Positions 39,032-48,176 of a stretch of 64,000 nucleotides of DNA are shown in pieces. Every line of letters starts with the position of its first letter. Position 1 is the stretch's first letter. The translations under genes and the position numbers were made by a program. The stretch comes from a candidate division FCPU426 bacterium (GTDB lineage Bacteria > Oederibacteriota > JAAXVQ01 > JAUVAV01), in the NCBI GenBank assembly GCA_040756875.1, contig JBFLYH010000001.1, positions 1,180,878-1,244,877 on the forward strand. Direction: 5' to 3'. The notes under the pieces are model-generated. The model was not told where the DNA came from. It searched no databases and was given only the letters and a program-made list of their open reading frames with translations.

Positions 39032-39406
39032 TTAGGCATGGGTGGAAAACAGCGATTTCACCTTGTCCAGGAGCTCGTCGGGGTCGAACGGCTTGATGAT
39101 GTAATCGTCGCACCCCAGGGAAAATCCGTGCTGGGCGTCCCCGGGATTGCCGCGGGCGGTCAGAAAGATGATTTTCGTGCCTTTGAACTGGGGACGCCGC
39201 CTGATTTCCGAACAGACTTCGTATCCGTTCATGCCCGGCATCATGATGTCCAGCACCAGCAAATCCGGCTTCCAGGCTTCCGCCTGCTCCACGGCCTCGA
39301 AGCCGCTGGTCACGACCCGCACTTCATAGCCGTCCACTTCCAGGCTCATTTTGATGAGCCGGCCGATGGCCGGATCATCGTCCACCACCAAGATTTTCCA
39401 GTTCAT
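39032..39406 (-). CDS. Stand-alone receiver-domain response regulator
   Basis: ILVVDDD, LDIMMP, FLTA, KPF; no output domain. Confidence 0.92.
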   Translation of the reverse strand: MNWKILVVDDDPAIGRLIKMSLEVDGYEVRVVTSGFEAVEQAEAWKPDLLVLDIMMPGMNGYEVCSEIRRRPQFKGTKIIFLTARGNPGDAQHGFSLGCDDYIIKPFDPDELLDKVKSLFSTHA

Positions 39407-40833
39407 GACGTTTTCCCCTGTTCTGCGTCGGTGTCAGGCGCCTCCGCGGCCTTCAGTGCTTTGTCGATGGCCGCCAGGGCGTCCGGCGGTATGGGTTCTT
39501 CCTGGTTCATGGCCAGCCGCCGCAGGGACCGTTTGGCCGCCGCGGCTACGCGGCGTTCGCGGTCCCGCAAGGCGCGGGCCAGCACTTCCAGGGAGAGCGG
39601 GTGGTAGTATTCGCCCAGCGCCTGGATGATGCTCTCGCGTTGAAACGGATCGGCGGAGGATTCCCATTCGCGGATTACGGCCATGGCCTGCTCCGCGTCA
39701 TGCCGCAACAGCTGGACCGCGGCCAGGGCCCTTTCCTTCAGATTGCCGCTCTGGGTCTGCTCCAGCAAACGGGCCTGGGCCGAGGGTTCGGCCCCCAACT
39801 GCGGCGCCGCGCTTCCCGGCAGCCTGGGCCCCATCCAGGTGCCGCCCACCAAAGCACTGTACCCGCCGCCGGGCAGCCCGGCCATGTCCCGAACCATTTT
39901 CAGCATTTCCTGCTGGTACTTCATGATCACTTCCTCGCGCCGCGAGCGCATGCGTCCGAGGATCAGGAAGAACGCCCACACGATCGCGCCCAGGATCAGG
40001 ATGCCGGCCACGAAGCCGTAAATGACCATGCGCTGCTGGAGCGACACATCGCCCAGCAGGGATTTCATACGGTCGTCCAGGCGCTCCATGAACTGCCTGC
40101 GGTCCTGCTCTGACTGGTAATACAGGTTCTGCAGGCGTTCCATCGGCGCCAGAAACTTGGTGATCTGCCGGGCCTGCTGCTGCTGGAACGACAAGAGCAG
40201 CTCACTCATGGCTTCGATGTTCTTGGCGTATTCGGCCGCGTACGTGGACGCGGCGTCCGCGGATTCCTGGAAAGCCGCCGGCGCGGCATTGGGCGAACCC
40301 AGCCGGGGCGCAGCGGCGGGAGCGGGATTCGAAGCCTGCACCATGGCGGACGCCGCGAGCGCGCCGCCTTGGGCCAGGGTGTGGGCCGCGGCCTCCTGTT
40401 TGAGCATTTCCTCCCGCATGGCCTCGGGCACGAGCACCACCTTGTCCTCCGCGCGTTTGGGAGCAATCTCCTTGGCCGCCAATTCGTACATCTGCTTGAC
40501 CTGGCGGTTGCCCGGATCCATGGCATACGCCTGGGAGAGGTAGGTATACGCCTGGCTGTACTGTTTGGCCAGATACAGCCGGCTCCCGCGCTCAACCAAG
40601 ATCTTCAGCAGGAACACTTTGGTGCGCTGGTTCCCGGGGTCGAGTTTGAGGGACTCGTTCAATTGCTGAATGGCCTGCTGGGAATCGCCCTTGAGGTAAT
40701 TCTGAATAGCCTGGTCGAACAGAAACGCGGCTTTCCCCGGACCCTGGGCTTTGGGGTCGTCGGCCAGCGCCAGCCCCGGCCCGGCCAGCGCCAGCAGCAT
40801 CAGCAACACCCCGGCGGCAGTCAGGCGCCTCAT
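39403..40833 (-). CDS. Membrane protein: signal peptide, TPR, coiled coil, TM, HEAT-like repeats
   Basis: Signal peptide, TPR-like helices (LKLDPGN; YAMDPGN), Q/E-rich coil, TM VIYGFVAGILILGAIVWAFFLIL, HEAT-like C-terminus (DPFQRESIIQALG; DRERRVAAAA). Confidence 0.75.
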   Translation of the reverse strand: MRRLTAAGVLLMLLALAGPGLALADDPKAQGPGKAAFLFDQAIQNYLKGDSQQAIQQLNESLKLDPGNQRTKVFLLKILVERGSRLYLAKQYSQAYTYLSQAYAMDPGNRQVKQMYELAAKEIAPKRAEDKVVLVPEAMREEMLKQEAAAHTLAQGGALAASAMVQASNPAPAAAPRLGSPNAAPAAFQESADAASTYAAEYAKNIEAMSELLLSFQQQQARQITKFLAPMERLQNLYYQSEQDRRQFMERLDDRMKSLLGDVSLQQRMVIYGFVAGILILGAIVWAFFLILGRMRSRREEVIMKYQQEMLKMVRDMAGLPGGGYSALVGGTWMGPRLPGSAAPQLGAEPSAQARLLEQTQSGNLKERALAAVQLLRHDAEQAMAVIREWESSADPFQRESIIQALGEYYHPLSLEVLARALRDRERRVAAAAKRSLRRLAMNQEEPIPPDALAAIDKALKAAEAPDTDAEQGKTS

Positions 40834-42059
40834 GGCAGGACCTCCCCTGGAACCGCGTTGCCCGGTTCCGGCGGCGGCTGCAGCCCCTGCTCTTCCTGTT
40901 CATCCGGCGTCGAGGGCGCGGGTTCCGGCGCTGCCGCCGGCGGCGTGGACATTTCCAGCAAGTCAATGACGCTTTTCAGCTTGTCGCGCAGTTCGACGGC
41001 TTTTTTGTTTTTCGGGTCAGCGGCCACGGCCGCCTGCGCGGCTGCAAGCGCGGCTGCATATTGGCTCCGGCCGTATAAACCCTCGGCCTCGTCCAAATAC
41101 CTGTGCGCCTCGTTCTCCTGCATCGCCGCCAGGGGCGCGCCGAATCCCAGCGAAGCGCTGATGAGGTGCGTCACGCCGAAGACTTCCATCACTTTAAGGG
41201 CGTAGTCCAGGCTCAGTTCCTGCCAGCGCACCCCGGCTCCGGCCTGGAACCCGTCCGTGTCATAGCCGAACTTGTAGCCGGCCCTCAGGACCACGCTCCG
41301 GGAAAAAGCGTATTCGCACCCCAGGTTGGCCCGCAGGGTGGCGTCCGCCGGATAGACCGCGTCGGCCAGAAGCATTACCGTATGGGCTGCGCCCAAGTCC
41401 ACCTGGTATCCTGCACCGGCCCGCATCACGAGGGGCAGGCTTTCCGAGGTTGATCCGAACGACGAGAGATAACCGAGGTTTTGGCAGCTCAACCCGAACG
41501 TCAGGTTATCATCCGCATGATACAGAGCGCCCAGATCCAGGGCCGCGCCCGAGGCGCTGACGTCGGCCAGCTGGCGGTGCAGGATTTTCAGGCCGGCGCC
41601 ACCGGCCAAGCCCGGGACACCCGCCCACTCGGGCAGATCCTGGGCGTAGGCGAACTGCACGCCCAGGTCGTACGCCGAAACCAGCCCCTCGTCCGCTCCG
41701 CTGGCTGAAAGCGCCTGGATGCCGGGCATGTGCAGCAGCATCAGGCTCGCGCCGAGCGCCGCATTGCCGAGCAGGGGCCGGACGTAGGCCAGGGACTCAT
41801 AGCGCGTATCCGCGATCCATTGCACGTGCATGGCCGAAATCCGGCTGCGGTCCGTGCCCGCCAATCCGGCCGGATTGTAGAACAAGGCATCCAGCTCGCC
41901 GGTCCGCGCGGCCGCGGCCTCGCCGGTGCCCACGCTGGCCGCACCCAACCCGATTTTGAGGAAATCCGCGCCGGTCGTCCCCCGCTCCGAGGCCGCGGCT
42001 GGCAGAAGCCACGCCAGGCTCAGGGCGATCGCCGGCAGAAGGAAGCGCATCGGAGTCAT
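40830..42059 (-). CDS. PorV/PorQ-like beta-barrel protein with C-terminal TPR-like extension
   Basis: Signal peptide, ADFLKIGLGA..G.GEA, FYNPAGLA, DLGALY, NLG, LRAGY, DYA, THLIS. Start at MTPMRF overlaps the upstream stop (ATGA). Confidence 0.8.
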   Translation of the reverse strand: MTPMRFLLPAIALSLAWLLPAAASERGTTGADFLKIGLGAASVGTGEAAAARTGELDALFYNPAGLAGTDRSRISAMHVQWIADTRYESLAYVRPLLGNAALGASLMLLHMPGIQALSASGADEGLVSAYDLGVQFAYAQDLPEWAGVPGLAGGAGLKILHRQLADVSASGAALDLGALYHADDNLTFGLSCQNLGYLSSFGSTSESLPLVMRAGAGYQVDLGAAHTVMLLADAVYPADATLRANLGCEYAFSRSVVLRAGYKFGYDTDGFQAGAGVRWQELSLDYALKVMEVFGVTHLISASLGFGAPLAAMQENEAHRYLDEAEGLYGRSQYAAALAAAQAAVAADPKNKKAVELRDKLKSVIDLLEMSTPPAAAPEPAPSTPDEQEEQGLQPPPEPGNAVPGEVLP

Positions 42060-45000
42060 CGGATCACCACCGCCTTTTTGATTTCCTGGTAGTCCCCGGA
42101 CTTGAAGACCGCCAGGTACACGCCGCTGCCCACGGTCTTGCCGCGGCTGCCCGGCGAGCCGTTGTCGCCGCGCCATTGCACCGCGTGCCTTCCCACGCCC
42201 GGCCGGCCCTCGTACAGCACCGCGACCAGCTCTCCGGCCAGGTTGTACATCTTCAGGCTGACCTCGCTGTTCTCGCGCACGAAGAACTCAAAGGTCGTGT
42301 AAGCATGCTGCCCCAGGCGCAGCGGGTTGGGATAATTCTGCCGCAATTGGTTGAAGGCGCGGTAAACGGTCCAGGCCGCGGTCTGGTCCGCGCTCACCGC
42401 GGTCATCGCCCCTGCGGCCGAATCGCCCGAAAGCGTGGCATTGAGGGTCACCAGGCCCAGGGGCGCGTCCGTGCCCGCGTCCACCTGGAACCCGAGGGTG
42501 ACGCTGCCCTGCGGCCCCACCCAGGCCGGGTTGCCGGCTAGAGGCCGCACGCTGAAGCCGGCCAGCTGGTTGTTGAAGCGCAGGGTGGCGGCCGTGATGG
42601 TCACGGGCATCAGGCTGGTGTTGCGCGCCTCCATACTGACGGGGATCCCGCGCTGCCCCTGGTAGATCTCGCTGGCCGGGCTGGCGACCCGGTCGATGTT
42701 CAAGGCGCCCTGAATCACCTGCAGCAGGCCCGAATCCGCAGCCGCGGCTGTGACCGTGTCCCCGCTGTTGGCGTCCACGCCCTGGACGGAAGTCCGGAAT
42801 TGCAGCGCGCCCACTTCGCCGGCCCGGTAGGTGATCAGGAAATCCTGGCTCCCGCCGCCGGCAATGTCCGCGGACAGGGGTGAATAGGCGGTCACGGTCG
42901 TGGCCGTGGTGGTGCTGGCCGAGGTCAGGACGAGCGGCCCGGGCGTCACGCCGCGCGCCAGGGCCTGGCCGGAATTGACCACGGTCACCGTGATCGCGAA
43001 TTCAGCCAGTCGCTCGGCATTGGCCGGCGTGTTGACAGCCAGGCTCAGTTGGGCCGGCGTCTGGAGGGAGACGGCCGTGGACGTGGCGGACTGCGAAGCG
43101 ATGGCGCCCAGGGTAAAGGAATCGATGCCCAAGGCCTGCGAGGAAAAGGCCAGGGTGCCGGCGGCCGTGGGCAGATAGGTCCAGGTAAAAGACCGCGACT
43201 CGCCGCCCGGAATCAGGGCGTGGGCCGTGGGCGTGGGACCGGACACCCAGGCCGCGGCGCCCGTGCCCGACAGCCCGACGGCTGTGGGCGAAACGCTCAG
43301 GGCGGCCGGGGTGCCGTTGTTGAACACCAGCAGGGTGAACGTCAGCGGCTGCCCCAGGCTGGCGACCGCAGGAGCGATGCCCGCCGTGGCCACGATTTCC
43401 GAGGTGGGCACATGGACGGCCATGACCGCATCCGGGTCCGCCAGGGTGAACGCCTCGGCCGCGATAATGCGGTCGCCTTCGCCCTGGGTGCCCGCGGTCA
43501 CGCTGACCCGGGCCGGCTCGTTGCCGGTTTGCTGCACCGGGCTGTCCAGCGCAAACACGCGGCCGTTGGCGGTCATGTCCTGGGGCGTGAACAGGACGCT
43601 GCTGCCCGTGGCCAGCACGTTGTTGGCGCGCGTGACCACGGCTGCGTACCCGGTTTTTTCCAGCACGCTGTACCAGGGATACACCCGGCTGTCCGCGGCC
43701 ACGGCGCCGCTGCTGGCCGTGGTCGCCTGGACGGTGAACGAAACGCTGAGCGGCGCGTCGATATAGACCGCGGTGCCCAGGCCGGCGCCGGTCAGCACCG
43801 TGACGGCTTTGCCCCCGGCGTCGGTCGCCGTGCTGGAGACGGACAAAGACCCGCCGCCCGAGGTGAAATCGACCTGCTCGCCGGCCAGGCCGTTGCCGTA
43901 CTCGTCCACGACCACGGCCGTGATCGTGACCGGCGACGCGCCGGCCGTCGCGTAGGCCATCAGGTATTTGTCCACGTCCGGCCTGAGGGTGATCAGGGCG
44001 TCCGGCGATCCAACGGCCGTATTGTCGTTGATGGAAACCTGGTCGTATTCCGCATTGGTGCCGAAGGCGAGAAACGCCGCGGCCTGCCGGTTGACGCCCT
44101 GGTCCTGCAGCGGGCCGACGGACACGGTCTTGTCGTTCGCCGTCCGGTCCACGGCCAGGATCTCCTCGATGGGAATGCTGGTGGCCGTGTACGGCATGGT
44201 GTTGAAATATTCATGGACAAAGGCCACGTTCACTTTATGCTCACGGCGGTTGTAGAACGGAACGGCTTTGTAGTAGGCCTGGATGTCCGTTTGGTTGTAG
44301 GTGATCACGTCCACGGGCACGGATTCGAAATCCGAAGTGCTGACCGTAATCTTTTCACCCCAGCCCGAGGCCTGGGTATACAGGGCTTTGACCATGCCGT
44401 TGATGTCGGTTTTGAACCCGCCGGGCGGCGGCGGCTGCAGGGTGCCGTAGGTGCTGGAAAAGGCCACGTTGTATCCGGGCAGGCCGTTGCCGTCCTGGTC
44501 GGTCACCACGCCCACGATGTTGGGCGAACTGCCGTATTCGGCGTAGGCCTGCAGGTACAGCGAGTTCAGGCGCTGGATGGTGATGCGGTCCTCGCAGTCG
44601 TTGGAGGTGCCGAAATTGGCGGTGATCACGTCGCCCACGCTGGGCGTACCGAAAACCAAAAAGGCCGTGCCGACGCGCTGCGGGGTCGAAGACCCGCTCT
44701 GGTCGTAGATATAGCCCTTCTCCAGCAGGCGGTCGTTGGGCGTGTTGTCCAGCACCTGGAGGTTGGCGTTGCCCAGGCCGGCATTCAAGGTCATGACATT
44801 GCGGTCCATGGTGACCACGGCGTGGCGCAGCTGCAGGGTCGTGGGATCGAACCACATGAAGGCTTTGTCCGAGCCGACGTAGTTTTGCCCGGGCGAAGGC
44901 CAGATCACCACCGGCGGCAGGCCCGGTGAAGTGACGGTCACCGTGTTGCCGTAGGCGATCGCGGCCGTGGCCTGGGCCACGGCAAACCCGCCGGCATTGG

Positions 45001-46996
45001 TGACTGCCGGCGCGCTCAGGCTTCCGCCCGTGGTCGCGAAGGTCAAGGCCCGGTTCGACACGCCGTTGCCGTACTGGTCCATGACCACGGCCCAGATTTC
45101 GGGCGTGGTGCCCGTGGTGGCGAAGGCCAGCAGGAACTCGGCCGGGTCCGCGGCCACAGTGAGGTAGCAGTCGTAGCCGGGGTTAGTAAAGGTGGAATTG
45201 AGGCGGAGGATGTCGCCGGCCCCGATGGTGCCGAACCCGGCGTACCCCTGGCAGAATTTGATGGTGGTTTGCGGGCTGAAGTAATAGCTCAGCGAGGCGC
45301 TCACGCCATTGCCGGGCGTCTGGTCAAGCTCATCATAACCCAGCATCTGGGTCTGGGCGAAGGTGTCGGTCATCACGTTGTTTTCCGGCTCCACCAGGGC
45401 GCAGTACACCATGTGCGTGGACGCGTCGTAGAGCCCCAAAACACGGTCCTCGGCCCTCGGCGCCTGCACATCCGAGAGATAGATCGGGATCGCGCCCAGA
45501 CCGGGCGAGGTGACGGTCACCGTGGTGCCGATGGCGCCCGCGGTCACCTGGTTCACGGCCCGGCCCGACCAGCCGGTCACGGTGTTGGCCAGGTCCAGCA
45601 CGCCGCTGCCCTGGAGCGCGAAGCTGACCGGCACGTTGGTCACGGCATTGCCCTCGCCGTCCGTGACCATGGCCCACAGCTTGGGGCTGGTCCCGGGCGC
45701 CGCGCAAGCCATGAGATAGCGCGATTCATTGGCCGGCAGGGTGAGTATGGAATTGGAGTAATACCCCGAGCCGTAGGTTGGGCCGCCCGGATAGCGGTGC
45801 AGGGTGCCGTAGTGGTATATGCGGATCATGTCCCCGGCTTCCGAGCCGCCGGACACCACGAAGCTCGACCCCGGATGCCCGCTGTCCTGTTCGAGGAATT
45901 CCCCGGTATAGGGATAGCGGGCGTCCACGCTCAGTTCCACCACGTCCCGGCGCAGGTCTGCCGTGCTTTGGACCAGCACGTTGCTCTCCTGCTCCAGCAC
46001 CGCGGTGTAGATCCGGCGCGTGGTGCGTTCGAACCAGGAGCACACGAGGCTGGTCGCGCTGAGGGGCACGCTGTCCTGCGTGACGATCGTCACCGGCTGG
46101 GTTTCCGCCAGGTTGGCGCGCACGGTCACCGTATCGCCCAGGGCGCCGCCGGTTTGGTAAAACTGCGCCACGCCCTTGGTGTTGGTGAGCGCGGACCCCG
46201 GGGTCACGCTGCCGGCCGTGGCCGCGGCCGTGATGGTCACGCCCGCGATCCCGCAGCCATTGAGGTCCGTCACCACGGCCGTGATCTCGGGGTCGGCGCC
46301 GCCCGCGGCAAAGGCCGACAGCAGGCGGTTGACGCTCAGGCTGGCGAGGCTCAAACTCGCGTCCGGCGCGCCGGTAATGTCGTCCACATTGACGGTGATG
46401 ACGTTGTTGGTGCTGTACGTGCCCTGATAGACCACGCGGCGGTAGGGCTGGAGGGCGTCCTGCATGAGCACCAGCCCGAAGGTCAGGCGCTTGTTGTCTG
46501 AATCCGAGCTGGCGATGTCGTCGTCATCCACGGACCCGGCGTTGGTCGTGACCATCACCCGGCTGGCCGGATCGACGACCGCCGCGTACACCATGTGGCT
46601 GGCCTCGCCGAACCAGGCTGCCACCGCGTCCGTGGCCGCCACGGCCCGGCCGGCAAAAGCGGTGACCGTGGTGGAAACGCCGGCGCTCGCCTGCCCGCAG
46701 AAAATAGCGACCGTATCGCCGGCCACGCTGCCCGCTATCGCCACGCGCGTGCTGCCGTTCGCGTCCGTCACGGTCGAGGTCAGGCTGGGAAGCCCGGCGC
46801 CCGCGGTCACGCTGATCGAGACCGCCACGCCCTGGCAGCCCAGGCCGTTGGCGTCCGTCACCACGACGGTAACGGCCGGATCCGCGCCGGCCGTGCCAAA
46901 GGCCAGCAGCCGGTAGGGCGCGCCCGAAGCGCCGGCCGTGCCCGCATTCGCCGCCAGCGCGGCCAGTATTATTCCCCATACCATGAGTTGCCGCAT
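42056..46996 (-). CDS. Large secreted Ig-like repeat protein with T9SS-type-A/FlgD-like C-terminal sorting domain
   Basis: Signal peptide; six modules of about 195 aa with the Big_1-like VxDxxGN motif; three further Ig-like domains; C-terminal QNYPNP...MYNLAGELV...W.G...GSGVYL...KKAVVIR. Confidence 0.85.
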   Translation of the reverse strand: MRQLMVWGIILAALAANAGTAGASGAPYRLLAFGTAGADPAVTVVVTDANGLGCQGVAVSISVTAGAGLPSLTSTVTDANGSTRVAIAGSVAGDTVAIFCGQASAGVSTTVTAFAGRAVAATDAVAAWFGEASHMVYAAVVDPASRVMVTTNAGSVDDDDIASSDSDNKRLTFGLVLMQDALQPYRRVVYQGTYSTNNVITVNVDDITGAPDASLSLASLSVNRLLSAFAAGGADPEITAVVTDLNGCGIAGVTITAAATAGSVTPGSALTNTKGVAQFYQTGGALGDTVTVRANLAETQPVTIVTQDSVPLSATSLVCSWFERTTRRIYTAVLEQESNVLVQSTADLRRDVVELSVDARYPYTGEFLEQDSGHPGSSFVVSGGSEAGDMIRIYHYGTLHRYPGGPTYGSGYYSNSILTLPANESRYLMACAAPGTSPKLWAMVTDGEGNAVTNVPVSFALQGSGVLDLANTVTGWSGRAVNQVTAGAIGTTVTVTSPGLGAIPIYLSDVQAPRAEDRVLGLYDASTHMVYCALVEPENNVMTDTFAQTQMLGYDELDQTPGNGVSASLSYYFSPQTTIKFCQGYAGFGTIGAGDILRLNSTFTNPGYDCYLTVAADPAEFLLAFATTGTTPEIWAVVMDQYGNGVSNRALTFATTGGSLSAPAVTNAGGFAVAQATAAIAYGNTVTVTSPGLPPVVIWPSPGQNYVGSDKAFMWFDPTTLQLRHAVVTMDRNVMTLNAGLGNANLQVLDNTPNDRLLEKGYIYDQSGSSTPQRVGTAFLVFGTPSVGDVITANFGTSNDCEDRITIQRLNSLYLQAYAEYGSSPNIVGVVTDQDGNGLPGYNVAFSSTYGTLQPPPPGGFKTDINGMVKALYTQASGWGEKITVSTSDFESVPVDVITYNQTDIQAYYKAVPFYNRREHKVNVAFVHEYFNTMPYTATSIPIEEILAVDRTANDKTVSVGPLQDQGVNRQAAAFLAFGTNAEYDQVSINDNTAVGSPDALITLRPDVDKYLMAYATAGASPVTITAVVVDEYGNGLAGEQVDFTSGGGSLSVSSTATDAGGKAVTVLTGAGLGTAVYIDAPLSVSFTVQATTASSGAVAADSRVYPWYSVLEKTGYAAVVTRANNVLATGSSVLFTPQDMTANGRVFALDSPVQQTGNEPARVSVTAGTQGEGDRIIAAEAFTLADPDAVMAVHVPTSEIVATAGIAPAVASLGQPLTFTLLVFNNGTPAALSVSPTAVGLSGTGAAAWVSGPTPTAHALIPGGESRSFTWTYLPTAAGTLAFSSQALGIDSFTLGAIASQSATSTAVSLQTPAQLSLAVNTPANAERLAEFAITVTVVNSGQALARGVTPGPLVLTSASTTTATTVTAYSPLSADIAGGGSQDFLITYRAGEVGALQFRTSVQGVDANSGDTVTAAAADSGLLQVIQGALNIDRVASPASEIYQGQRGIPVSMEARNTSLMPVTITAATLRFNNQLAGFSVRPLAGNPAWVGPQGSVTLGFQVDAGTDAPLGLVTLNATLSGDSAAGAMTAVSADQTAAWTVYRAFNQLRQNYPNPLRLGQHAYTTFEFFVRENSEVSLKMYNLAGELVAVLYEGRPGVGRHAVQWRGDNGSPGSRGKTVGSGVYLAVFKSGDYQEIKKAVVIR

Positions 46997-47209
46997 GGAT
47001 CCCCCTCCGCCTTCAACCTTTTTCTATGGAGCCCCCCGGCCGAAGGGCCCGGGGTACCAACTTCGCCCCTTGTTACCCACTCTTGGCGACATCCCTGCAA
47101 CGCTCAAATCGTATTCATCCCCGAGCAAACCTGGGGTTTTCTGCGTTGCAGGGATAACAAAACGCATATTCCTTTATACTCTAAAAACATGCTGCTGTTC
47201 TGTTTTTTT

Positions 47210-48163
47210 TTATACTTCGAACGGATGTTCGCGCTCGAAATCCGGCTGGTAATGGTACGCGCTGTCCAATTGCTGGATCCAGCCGTTTTCCATGCCCAGG
47301 CGGTCCATTTCCTCCAGCACGCGCTCGTACTCCTCCGGCAGCAGCGTGCGTCCGAAATCCGGATGGCCCTGCACCGCCGGAGTGGGCGCATACTGGGACA
47401 TGAGCGACACGTGGACCCGGGGAGACAATTCCTCCGCCAGGAACCGCAGGCACTGCAGGGTGTTCTCGACCTGGCCGGGCAAAACCAGATGCCGGACGAT
47501 CAGGCCCGAACGCACCTGGCCCTGGCCGTCCAGGGCCAGGTCCGCGCCTTTTTGGCGGTACATTTCCAGCAGCGCCCGGCGGGCGACCTCGGGGTAATCC
47601 CCGGCATCCGACCACGCAGCGGCCAGGCTTGGATCCGCATATTTGAAATCCGGCAGATAGACATCCAGGCCGCCTTCCAGCCGGCGCAAAACCTCCATCC
47701 GGTCATAGGCATTGGAGTTGAAAACGAAAACCGGCCGCCGGCCCCGCTGCCGCAGGGTCAGCATGATCGCTTCCATCTGGGGCAGAACATGCGAGGGCGA
47801 GACGAACCCCACTGCCTGCACGCCCTGGTCCAACAGTTTTTCCACCTGCTCGATCACCTGGTCCGGGGCCAGCCCCGGGGCCGGGCCGAGGTTGCGGCTG
47901 ATCTGGTGGTTTTGACAGTATCGGCATTGCAGATTGCAATGCGCGAAAAAAATGTTGCAAATCCCCGTCGGCCCGCTCACGGCCGGCTCCTCGCCCTGAT
48001 GCAGGCAAACCGAAGCCACCGCCCACTCGGCTCCGATCCCGCAGTACCCCAGGCCGCCGTGCAGCCGGTCCGCCCCGCACTGGCGGGGGCAATAGCGGCA
48101 ATTCGCGAGCCCGGGCCAGAGCGGACCCGGCTGAATGGCAAACGGCGTGGTCATGGCTTGCAT
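47210..48163 (-). CDS. Radical SAM protein, PflX-like
   Basis: CRYCPRQC, HQGEEP, CNLQCRYCQN (CxxxCxxC), YLPDFKY, VRHLVLP, LMSQY. Confidence 0.88.
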   Translation of the reverse strand: MQAMTTPFAIQPGPLWPGLANCRYCPRQCGADRLHGGLGYCGIGAEWAVASVCLHQGEEPAVSGPTGICNIFFAHCNLQCRYCQNHQISRNLGPAPGLAPDQVIEQVEKLLDQGVQAVGFVSPSHVLPQMEAIMLTLRQRGRRPVFVFNSNAYDRMEVLRRLEGGLDVYLPDFKYADPSLAAAWSDAGDYPEVARRALLEMYRQKGADLALDGQGQVRSGLIVRHLVLPGQVENTLQCLRFLAEELSPRVHVSLMSQYAPTPAVQGHPDFGRTLLPEEYERVLEEMDRLGMENGWIQQLDSAYHYQPDFEREHPFEV

Positions 48164-48176
48164 CCTTGGTGAAGGC

